Positions 38,201 to 49,713 of a stretch of 64,000 nt of DNA are shown here, piece after piece. Under the pieces are notes generated by a model. It worked only from the letters and a program-made list of their open reading frames with translations. It was not told the origin of the DNA and did no database searches. Both the position numbers and the translations under genes were made by a program. The stretch is from Camelus dromedarius (taxonomy: Eukaryota). The stretch lies in assembly GCF_036321535.1 (NCBI RefSeq), contig NC_087436.1, positions 2,418,001-2,482,000 on the forward strand. Reading direction: 5' to 3'. Numbering within the stretch: the stretch's first letter is position 1; each line of letters starts with the position of its first letter.

Positions 38201-40854
38201 TTCACACACACTTATCTCTCAGAGTTGAGCATGTGGAGGGACTTTCGTTCATCTAGCCCAAAGGAAACGGGTTGCAGGAGAAAATTTATTCTGTTTTCTC
38301 AGTCTGTTTCCTAGTGCCGGTTTGAAGTTCCTGCAGTTTTCACTGTAAAATGAGTTGGATTTAATACCTCCCCACATATATATATGGAGTGGATTTTGCA
38401 ACTGAAAAGAAACTTTGTGTTCCCAACAAGCTAGGTGAAGGACGGCTTTCACACACATTTATCTCTCAGAACTGAGCATGTGGAGAGACGTTCGTTCATC
38501 TAGCACAAAGGGAACGGGTTGCAGGAGAAACTTTTACTCTGGTTTCTCAGGCTGTTTCCTAGTGCCGGTTTGAAGTTCCTGCAGTTTTCACTGTATAACC
38601 GAGTTGGAGCTAGTTCATCCCCATATATATGTATGGAGTGGAGTTTCAACTGAAAAGAAACTTTGTGTTCCCAAGAAGCTAGTTGAAGGACGGCATTCAC
38701 ACACACTTATCTCTCAGAACTGAGCATGTGGAGAGACTTTCGTTCATCTAGCACAAAGGGAACGGGTTGCAGGAGTAACTTTTACTCTGTTTTCTCAGTC
38801 TGTTTCCTAGTGTGCAGGTTTGAAGTTCCTGCAGTTTTCACTGTAAAACCGAATTGGAGCTAGTACCACCCCATATATATGTATGGAGTGGAGTTTGCAA
38901 CTGAAAAGGAACTTTGTGTCCCCAACAATCTAGGTGAAGGACGGCTTTCACACACAGTTATCTCTCAGATCTGAGCAAGTGGAGAGACGTTCGTTCATCT
39001 AGCAGAAATGAACGGGTTGCAGGAGAAAATTTTTCTCTGGTTTCTCAGTCTGTTTCCTATTGCCGGATTAAAGTTCCTGCAGTTTTCACTGTAAAACCGA
39101 TTTGGATCTATTACCTCCCCATATATATGTATGGGGTGGAGATTTCAACTGAAAGGAACTTTGTGTTCCCAAGAAGCTAGGTGAAGGACGGCTTTCACAC
39201 ACACTTATCTCTCAGAACTGAGCATGTGAAGAGACGTTCGTTCATCTAGAACAAATGGAACGAGTTGCAGGAGAAAATTTTACTCTGGTTTCTCAGTCTG
39301 TTTCCTGTTTCCGGTTTGAAGTTCCTGCAGTTTTCACTGTAAAACCGAGTTGGAGCTAGTACCTCCCCATATACATGTATGGAGTGGAGAATCAAATGAA
39401 AAGAAACTTTGTGTTCCCAGGAATCTAGGTGAACCACTGCTTTCACACACACTTAACTCTTCAGAACTGAGCATTTTGAGAGACGTTCGTTCATCTAGCA
39501 CAAAGGGAACGGGTTGCAGGAGAAGCTTTTTCTCTGGTTTCTCAATATGTTTCCTAGTGCCGGTTTGAAGTTCCTGCAGTTTTCACTGTAAAACCGAGTT
39601 GGAGCTAGTACCACCCCATATATATGTATGGAGTGGAGTTTGCAACTAAAAAGAAACATTGTGTTCCCAACAATCTAGGTGAAGGCCGGCTTTCACACAC
39701 ACTTATCTCTCAGAACTGAGCATGTGGAGAGACGTTCGTTCATCTAGCACAAATGGAACGGTTTGCAGGAGAAACTTTTACTCTGGTTTCTCAGTCTGTT
39801 TCCTAGTGCCGGTTTGAAGTTCCTGCAGTTTTCACTGTAAAACCGATTTGGAGCTTGTACCTCCCCATATATATGTATGGAGTGGAGTTTGTAACTGAAA
39901 AGAAACTTTGTGTTCCCAACAAGCTAGGTGAAGGACGGCTTTCACACACACTTATCTCTGAGAACTGAGCATGTGGAGAGACGTTCGTTCATCTAGCACA
40001 AAGCGAACGGGTTGCAGGAGAAACTTTTACTGATTTTTCTCAGTCTGTTTCATAGTGCCGGTTTGAAGTTCCTGCAGTTTTCACTGGAAAACCGAGTTGG
40101 AGCTAGTACCTACCCATTAATATGTATGGAGAGAAGTTTGCAACTGAAAAGAAACTTTATGTTCCCAACAAGCTAGGTGAAGGACGGCTTTCACACACAC
40201 TTATCTCTCAGAACTGAGCATGTGGAGAGACTTTCGTTCATCTAGCACAAATGGAACGAGTTGCAGGAGAAACTTTTACTCTGGTCTCTCAGTCTGTTTC
40301 CTAGTGCCGGTTTGCAGATCCTGCAGTTTTCACTGTAAAACCGAGTTGGAGCTAGTACCTCCCCATATATATGTATGGAGTGGAGTTTGCAACTGAAAAG
40401 AAACTTTGTGTTCCCAACAAGCTAGGTGAAGGACGGCTTTCACCCAAAATTATCTCTCAGAACTGAGCATGTGGAGAGACGTTCGTTCATCTAGCACAAA
40501 GGGAACGGGTTACAGGAGAAACTTTTACTCTGGTTTTTAAGTCTCTTTCCTGTTGCCGGTTTGAAGTTCCTGCAGTTTTCACTGTAAAACCGAGTTGGAG
40601 CTTGTACCTCCCCATATATATGTAGGAGTGGAGTTTCAACTGAAAAGAAACATTGTGTCCCAAGAAGCTAGGTGATGGACGGCTTTCACACACACTTATC
40701 TCTCAGAATTGAGCATGTGGAGGGACTTTCGTTCATCTAGCCCAAAGGGAACTGGTTGCAGGAGAAAATTTATTCTGTTTTCTCAGTCTGTTTCCTAGTG
40801 CCGGTTTGCAGATCCTGCAGATTTCACTGTAAAACCGAGTTGGAGCTAGTACCT

Positions 40855-43800
40855 CCCCATATATATGTATGGAGTGGAGTTTGCAACTGAAAAGAAACTT
40901 TGTGTTCCCAACAAGCTAGGTGAAGGACGGCTTTCACACACACTTATCTCTGAGACCTGAGCATGTGGAGAGACGTTCGTTCATCTAGCACAAATGGAAC
41001 GGTTTTCATGAGCAACTTTTACTCTGGTTTCTCAGTCTGTTTCCTAGTGCCGGTTTGAAGTTCCTGCAGTTTTCACTGGAAAACCGAGTTGGAGCTTGTA
41101 CCTACCCATAAATATGTATGGAGAGAAGTTTGCAAATGAAAAGAAACTTTGTGTTCCCAACAAGCTAGGTGAAGGACGGCTTTCACACACACTTATCTCT
41201 AAGAACTGAGCATGTGGAGAGACGTTCGTTCATCTAGCACAAAGGGAGCGTGTTGCAGGAGAAACTTTTACTCTGGTCTCTCAGACTGTTTCCTAGTGCC
41301 GGTTTGCAGTTCCTGCAGTTTTCAGTGTAAAACCGAGTTGGAGCTAGTACCTCCCCATATATATGTATGGAGTGGAGTTTGCAACTGAAAAGAAACTTTG
41401 TGTTCCCAACAAGCTAGGTGAAGGACGGCTTTCACACACACTTATACCTCAGACCTGAGCATGTGGAGAGACGTTCGTTCATCTAGCACAAATGGAATGG
41501 GATTCAATAGCAACTTTTACTCTGGATTCTCAGTCTGTTTCCAAGTGTCGGTTTGAAGTTCCTGCAGGTTTCACTGTAAAACCGAGTTGGAGCTTGTACC
41601 TCCCCATATATATGTATGGAGTGGAGTTTGCAACTGAAAAGAAACTTTGTGTTCCCAACAAGATAGGTGAATTACGGCTTTCACACACATTTATCTCTCA
41701 GAACTTGGCAAGTGGAGAGACGTTCGTTCATCTTTACACAAAGGGAACGTGTTACAGGAGAAACTTTTACTCTGTTTTCTCAGTCTGTTTCCTAGTGCCG
41801 GTTTGAAGTTCCTGCAGTTTTCAGTGTAAAACCGATTTGGAGCTAGTACCTCCCCATATATATGTATGGAGTGAAGTTCGCAACTGAAAAGAAACTTTGT
41901 GTTCCCAACAAGCTAGGTGAAGGACGGCATTCACACACACTTATCTCTCAGAACTGAGCATGTGGAGAGACCTTCGTTCATCTATCACAAATTAAAAGTG
42001 TTGCAGGAGAAAATTTTACTCTGGTTTCTCAATCTGTTTCCTAGTGCCGGTTTGAAGTTCCTGCAGTTTTCACTGTAAAACCGAGTTGGAGCTAGTACCT
42101 CCCCTTATATATGTATGGACTGGACTTTGCAAATGAAAAGAAACTTTGTGTTCCCAACAAGCTAGGTGAAGGACGGCTTTCACACACACTTATCTCTCAG
42201 AACTGAGCATGTGGAGAGTCGTTCGTTCATCTAGCACAAAGGGAACGGGTTGCAGGGGAAACTTTTACTCTGGTTTCTCAGTCTGTTTCCTAGTGCCGGT
42301 TTGAAGTTCCTGCAGTTTTCACTGTAAAACCGAGTTGGAGCTAGTACCTACACATAAATATGTATGGAGTGGAGTTTGCAACTAAACAGAAACTTTGTGT
42401 TCCCAACAAGCTAGGTGAAGGACGGCTTTCACTCACTCTTTTCTCTCAGAACTGAGCAAGTGGAGAGACGTTCGTTCATCTAGCACAAAGGGAATGGGTT
42501 GCAGGAGAAACTTTTACTCTGGTTTCTCAGTCTGTTTCCTAGTGCCGGTTTGAAGTTCCTGCAGTTTTCACTGTAATACCTGGTTGGAGCTAGTACCTAC
42601 CCATAAATATGTATGGAGTGGAGTTTGCAACTGAAAAGAAAATTTGTGTTCCCAACAAGCTAGGTGAAGGACGGCTTTCACCCACACTTATCTCTGAGAA
42701 CTGAGCATGTGGAGAGACGTTCGTTCATTTAGCAGAAAAGGAACGTGTTGCAGGAGAAACTTTTACTCTGGTCTCTCAGTCTGTTTCCTAGTGCCGGTTT
42801 GAAGTTCCTGCAGTTTTCACTGTAAAACGAGTTGGATTTAATACCTCCCCACATATATATATGGAGTGGATTTTGCAACTGAAAAGAAACTTTGTGTTCC
42901 CAACAAGCTAGGTGAAGGACGGCTTTCACACACATTTATCTCTCAGAACTGAGCATGTGGAGAGACGTTCGTTCATCTAGCACAAAGGGAACGGGTTGCA
43001 GGAGAAACTTTTACTCTGGTTTCTCAGGCTGTTTCCTAGTGCCGGTTTGAAGTTCCTGCAGTTTTCACTGTATAACCGAGTTGGAGCTAGTTCATCCCCA
43101 TATATATGTATGGAGTGGAGTTTCAACTGAAAAGAAACTTTGTGTTCCCAAGAAGCTAGTTGAAGGACGGCTTTCACACACACTTATCTCTCAGAACTGA
43201 GCATGTGGAGAGACTTTCGTTCATCTAGCACAAAGGGAACGGGTTGCAGGAGTAACTTTTACTCTGTTTTCTCAGTCTGTTTCCTAGTGTGCAGGTTTGA
43301 AGTTCCTGCAGTTTTCACTGTAAAACCGAATTGGAGCTAGTACCACCCCATATATATGTATGGAGTGGAGTTTGCAACTGAAAAGGAACTTTGTGTCCCC
43401 AACAATCTAGGTGAAGGACGGCTTTCACACACAGTTATCTCTCAGATCTGAGCAAGTGGAGAGACGTTCGTTCATCTAGCAGAAATGAACGGGTTGCAGG
43501 AGAAAATTTTTCTCTGGTTTCTCAGTCTGTTTCCTATTGCCGGATTAAAGTTCCTGCAGTTTTCACTGTAAAACCGATTTGGATCTATTACCTCCCCATA
43601 TATATGTATGGGGTGGAGATTTCAACTGAAAGGAACTTTGTGTTCCCAAGAAGCTAGGTGAAGGACGGCTTTCACACACACTTATCTCTCAGAACTGAGC
43701 ATGTGAAGAGACGTTCGTTCATCTAGAACAAATGGAACGAGTTGCAGGAGAAAATTTTACTCTGGTTTCTCAGTCTGTTTCCTGTTTCCGGTTTGAAGTT

Positions 43801-46800
43801 CCTGCAGTTTTCACTGTAAAACCGAGTTGGAGATAGTACCTCCCCATATACATGTATGGAGTGGAGAATCAAATGAAAAGAAACTTTGTGTTCCCAGGAA
43901 TCTAGGTGAACCACTGCTTTCACACACACTTAACTCTTCAGAACTGAGCATTTAGAGAGACGTTCGTTCATCTAGCACAAAGGGAACGGGTTGCAGGAGA
44001 AGCTTTTTCTCTGGTTTCTCAATATGTTTCCTAGTGCCGGTTTGAAGTTCCTGCAGTTTTAACTGTAAAACCGAGTTGGAGCTAGTACCACCCCATATAT
44101 ATGTATGGAGTGGAGTTTGCAACTAAAAAGAAACTTTGTGTTCCCAACAATCTAGGTGAAGGCCGGCTTTCACACACACTTATCTCTCAGAACTGAGCAT
44201 GTGGAGAGACGTTCGTTCATCTAGCACAAATGGAACGGTTTGCAGGAGAAACTTTTACTCTGGTTTCTCAGTCTGTTTCCTAGTGCCGGTTTGAAGTTCC
44301 TGCAGTTTTCACTGTAAAACCGATTTGGAGCTTGTACCTCCCCATATATATGTATGGAGTGGAGTTTGTAACTGAAAAGAAACTTTGTGTTCCCAACAAG
44401 CTAGGTGAAGGACGGCTTTCACACACACTTATCTCTGAGAACTGAGCATGTGGAGAGACGTTCGTTCATCTAGCACAAAGCGAACGGGTTGCAGGAGAAA
44501 CTTTTACTGATTTTTCTCAGTCTGTTTCCTAGTGCCGGTTTGAAGTTCCTGCAGTTTTCACTGTAAAACCGAGTTGGAGCTAGTACCTCCCCTTATATAT
44601 GTATGGACTGGACTTTGCAAATGAAAAGAAACTTTGTGTTCCCAACAAGCTAGGTGAAGGACGGCTTTCACACACACTTATCTCTCAGAACTGAGCATGT
44701 GGAGAGTCGTTCGTTCATCTAGCACAAAGGGAACGGGTTGCAGGGGAAACTTTTACTCTGGTTTCTCAGTCTGTTTCCTAGTGCCGGTTTGAAGTTCCTG
44801 CAGTTTTCACTGTAAAACCGAGTTGGAGCTAGTACCTACACATAAATATGTATGGAGTGGAGTTTGCAACTAAACAGAAACTTTGTGTTCCCAACAAGCT
44901 AGGTGAAGGACGGCTTTCACTCACTCTTTTCTCTCAGAACTGAGCAAGTGGAGAGACGTTCGTTCATCTAGCACAAAGGGAATGGGTTGCAGGAGAAACT
45001 TTTACTCTGGTTTCTCAGTCTGTTTCCTAGTGCCGGTTTGAAGTTCCTGCAGTTTTCACTGTAATACCTGGTTGGAGCTAGTACCTACCCATAAATATGT
45101 ATGGAGTGGAGTTTGCAACTGAAAAGAAAATTTGTGTTCCCAACAAGCTAGGTGAAGGACGGCTTTCACCCACACTTATCTCTGAGAACTGAGCATGTGG
45201 AGAGACGTTCGTTCATTTAGCAGAAAAGGAACGTGTTGCAGGAGAAACTTTTACTCTGGTCTCTCAGTCTGTTTCCTAGTGCCGGTTTGAAGTTCCTGCA
45301 GTTTTCACTGTAAAACGAGTTGGATTTAATACCTCCCCACATATATATATTGAGTGGATTTTGCAACTGAAAAGAAACTTTGTGTTCCCAACAAGCTAGG
45401 TGAAGGACGGCTTTCACACACATTTATCTCTCAGAACTGAGCATGTGGAGAGACGTTCGTTCATCTAGCACAAAGGGAACGGGTTGCAGGAGAAACTTTT
45501 ACTCTGGTTTCTCAGGCTGTTTCCTAGTGCCGGTTTGAAGTTCCTGCAGTTTTCACTGTATAACCGAGTTGGAGCTAGTTCATCCCCATATATATGTATG
45601 GAGTGGAGTTTCAACTGAAAAGAAACTTTGTGTTCCCAAGAAGCTAGTTGAAGGACGGCTTTCACACACACTTATCTCTCAGAACTGAGCATGTGGAGAG
45701 ACTTTCGTTCATCTAGCACAAAGGGAACGGGTTGCAGGAGTAACTTTTACTCTGTTTTCTCAGTCTGTTTCCTAGTGTGCAGGTTTGAAGTTCCTGCAGT
45801 TTTCACTGTAAAACCGAATTGGAGCTAGTACCACCCCATATATATGTATGGAGTGGAGTTTGCAACTGAAAAGGAACTTTGTGTCCCCAACAATCTAGGT
45901 GAAGGACGGCTTTCACACACAGTTATCTCTCAGATCTGAGCAAGTGGAGAGACGTTCGTTCATCTAGCAGAAATGAACGGGTTGCAGGAGAAAATTTTTC
46001 TCTGGTTTCTCAGTCTGTTTCCTATTGCCGGATTAAAGTTCCTGCAGTTTTCACTGTAAAACCGATTTGGATCTATTACCTCCCCATATATATGTATGGG
46101 GTGGAGATTTCAACTGAAAGGAACTTTGTGTTCCCAAGAAGCTAGGTGAAGGACGGCTTTCACACACACTTATCTCTCAGAACTGAGCATGTGAAGAGAC
46201 GTTCGTTCATCTAGAACAAATGGAACGAGTTGCAGGAGAAAATTTTACTCTGGTTTCTCAGTCTGTTTCCTGTTTCCGGTTTGAAGTTCCTGCAGTTTTC
46301 ACTGTAAAACCGAGTTGGAGCTAGTACCTCCCCATATACATGTATGGAGTGGAGAATCAAATGAAAAGAAACTTTGTGTTCCCAGGAATCTAGGTGAACC
46401 ACTGCTTTCACACACACTTAACTCTTCAGAACTGAGCATTTAGAGAGACGTTCGTTCATCTAGCACAAAGGGAACGGGTTGCAGGAGAAGCTTTTTCTCT
46501 GGTTTCTCAATATGTTTCCTAGTGCCGGTTTGAAGTTCCTGCAGTTTTCACTGTAAAACCGAGTTGGAGCTAGTACCACCCCATATATATGTATGGAGTG
46601 GAGTTTGCAACTGAAAAGAAACTTTGTGTTCCCAACAAGCTAGGTGAAGGACGGCTTTCACACACACTTATCTCTCAGACCTGAGCATGTGGAGAGACGT
46701 TCGTTCATCTAGCACAAATGGAACGGTTTTCATGAGCAACTTTTACTCTGGTTTCTCAGTCTGTTTCCTAGTGCCGGTTTGAAGTTCCTGCAGTTTTCAC

Positions 46801-48617
46801 TGGAAAACCGAGTTGGAGCTTGTACCTACCCATAAATATGTATGGAGAGAAGTTTGCAAATGAAAAGAAACTTTGTGTTCCCAACAAGCTAGGTGAAGGA
46901 CGGCTTTCACACACACTTATCTCTAAGAACTGAGCATGTGGAGAGACGTTCGTTCATCTAGCACAAAGGGAGCGTGTTGCAGGAGAAACTTTTACTCTGG
47001 TCTCTCAGACTGTTTCCTAGTGCCGGTTTGCAGTTCCTGCAGTTTTCAGTGTAAAACCGAGTTGGAGCTAGTACCTCCCCATGTATATGTATGGAGTGGA
47101 GTTTGCAACTGAAAAGAAACTTTGTGTTCCCAACAAGCTAGGTGAAGGACGGCTTTCACACACACTTATCCCTCAGACCTGAGCATGTGGAGAGACGTTC
47201 GTTCATCTAGCACAAATGGAATGGGATTCAATAGCAACTTTTACTCTGGATTCTCAGTCTGTTTCCAAGTGTCGGTTTGAAGTTCCTGCAGGTTTCACTG
47301 TAAAACCGAGTTGGAGCTTGTACCTCCCCATATATATGTATGGAGTGGAGTTTGCAACTGAAAAGAAACTTTGTGTTCCCAACAAGATAGGTGAATTACG
47401 GCTTTCACACACATTTATCTCTCAGAACTTGGCAAGTGGAGAGACGTTCGTTCATCTTTACACAAAGGGAACGTGTTACAGGAGAAACTTTTACTCTGTT
47501 TTCTCAGTCTGTTTCCTAGTGCCGGTTTGAAGTTCCTGCAGTTTTCAGTGTAAAACCGATTTGGAGCTAGTACCTCCCCATATATATGTATGGAGTGAAG
47601 TTCGCAACTGAAAAGAAACTTTGTGTTCCCAACAAGCTAGGTGAAGGACGGCATTCACACACACTTATCTCTCAGAACTGAGCATGTGGAGAGACCTTCG
47701 TTCATCTATCACAAATTAAAAGTGTTGCAGGAGAAAATTTTACTCTGGTTTCTCAATCTGTTTCCTAGTGCCGGTTTGAAGTTCCTGCAGTTTTCACTGT
47801 AAAACCGAGTTGGAGCTAGTACCTCCCCTTATATATGTATGGACTGGACTTTGCAAATGAAAAGAAACTTTGTGTTCCCAACAAGCTAGGTGAAGGACGG
47901 CTTTCACACACACTTATCTCTCAGAACTGAGCATGTGGATAGTCGTTCGTTCATCTAGCACAAAGGGAACGGGTTGCAGGGGAAAGTTTTACTCTGGTTT
48001 CTCAGTCTGTTTCCTAGTGCCGGTTTGAAGTTCCTGCAGTTTTCACTGTAAAACCGAGTTGGAGCTAGTACCTACACATAAATATGTATGGAGTGGAGTT
48101 TGCAATTAAACAGAAACTTTGTGTTCCCAACAAGCTAGGTGAAGGACGGCTTTCACTCACTCTTTTCTCTCAGAACTGAGCAAGTGGAGAGACGTTCGTT
48201 CATCTAGCACAAAGGGAATGGGTTGCAGGAGAAACTTTTACTCTGGTTTCTCAGTCTGTTTCCTAGTGCCGGTTTGAAGTTCCTGCAGTTTTCACTGTAA
48301 TACCTGGTTGGAGCTAGTACCTACCCATAAATATGTATGGAGTGGAGTTTGCAACTGAAAAGAAAATTTGTGTTCCCAACAAGCTAGGTGAAGGACGGCT
48401 TTCACCCACACTTATCTCTGAGAACTGAGCATGTGGAGAGACGTTCGTTCATTTAGCAGAAAAGGAACGTGTTGCAGGAGAAACTTTTACTCTGGTCTCT
48501 CAGTCTGTTTCCTAGTGCCGGTTTGAAGTTCCTGCAGTTTTCACTGTAAAACGAGTTGGATTTAATACCTCCCCACATATATATATGGAGTGGATTTTGC
48601 AACTGAAAAGAAACTTT
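40855..48617. repeat. ~8-monomer block (~40855-42893) repeated 23 monomers downstream (~46579-48617; offset 5724 bp)
   Basis: Identical 104-aa ORFs at 41492 and 47216. Shared variants TTTTCATGAGCAAC, GGGATTCAATAGC and CAAATTAAAAGTG. Confidence 0.88.
42033..46612. repeat. Duplication at 10-monomer spacing (period 2488 bp); ~42033-44124 repeated at ~44521-46612
   Basis: ORF pairs 42729/45217, 42977/45465 and 43723/46211 are all offset by 2488. Shared variants GTAATACCTGG and GCATTTAGAG. Confidence 0.9.
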
Positions 48618-49442
48618 TTGTTACCAACAAGCTAGGTGAAGGACGGCTTTCACACACAATTATCTCTCAGAAGTGAGCATTTGGAGAGACGTTCGTTCAT
48701 CTAGCACAATGGGAACTTGTTGCAGGAGAAACTTTTACTCTGGTCTCTCAGTCTGTTTCCTATTGCCGGGTTGAAGTTCCTGCAGTTTTCACTGTAAAAC
48801 CAAGTTGGAGCTAGTACCTCCCCGTATATATGTATGGAGTGGAGTTTGCAACGGAAAAGAAATTTTGTGTTCCCAACAAGCTAGGTGAAGGACGGCTTTC
48901 ACACACATTTATCTTTCAGAACTGAGCATGTTGAGACACATTCCTTCATCTAGCACAAAGGGAACGGGTTGCATTAGAAAATTTTACTCTGGTTTCTCCG
49001 TCTGTTTCCTAGTGCCGGTTTGAAGTTCCTGCAGTTTTCAGTGTAAAACCGAATTGGAGCTAGTACCTACCCATAAATATATATGGAGTGCAGTTTGCAA
49101 CTGAAAAGAAACTTTTTGTTACCAACAAGCAAAGTGAAGGACGGCTTTCACACACATTTATCTCTGAGAACTGAGCATGTGGAGAGACGTTCGTTCATCT
49201 AGCACAATGGGAACTTGTTGCAGGAGAAACTTTTACTCTGGTCTCTCAGTCTGTTTCCTATTGCCGGGTTGAAGTTCCTGCAGTTTTCACTGTAAAACCA
49301 AGTTGGAGCTAGTACCTCCCCGTATATATGTATGGAGTGGAGTTTGCAACTGAAAAGAAACTTTGTGTTCCCAACAAGCTAGGTGAAGGACGGCTTTCAC
49401 ACACAATTATCTCTCAGAAGTGAGCATTTGGAGAGACGTTCG

Positions 49443-49691
49443 TTCATCTAGCACAAATGGAACGGGTTGCAGGAGAAACTTTTACTGTGGTTTCTCAGTC
49501 TGTTTCCTAGTGCCGGTTTGAAGTTCCTGCAGTTTTCACTGTAAAACCGAGTTGGAGCTAGTACCTCCCCATATATATGTATGGAGTGGAGTTTGCAACT
49601 GAAAAGAAACTTTGTGTTCCCAACAAGCTAGGTGAAGGACGGCTTTCACACACACTTATCTCTCAGAACTGAGCATGTGGAGAGACGTTCG
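49443..49691 (+). repeat. Representative near-consensus 249-bp monomer
   Basis: TTCATC starts at 49443 and again at 49692 (249 bp). This copy differs from my by-eye consensus at only about two positions (AAATGG for AAAGGG, TACTGTGG for TACTCTGG). Confidence 0.92.
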
Positions 49692-49713
49692 TTCATCTAG
49701 CACAAAGGGAACT

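Larger units (their letters stand above)
25585..48617. repeat. Middle sub-array with an irregular ~10-monomer higher-order repeat (monomer types A-J)
   Basis: Ordered diagnostic variants: A AAACGAGTTGGATTTAATAC; B CTCAGGCTG/GTATAACC; C CTAGTGTGC (TG insertion); D GCAGAAATGAAC; E GGAGAATCAAATG/GAACCACTG; F GAGAAGCTTTT; G CGATTTGGAGCTTG; H AAAGCGAAC/GAGAGAAG; I a near-consensus monomer, often TTTGCAGATCC; J GTTACAGG..TTTTAAG/ATGTAGGAG. Type E is tagged by ORFs at 26584, 28074, 29812, 32292, 33783, 36267, 39246, 43723 and 46211. Confidence 0.88.
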
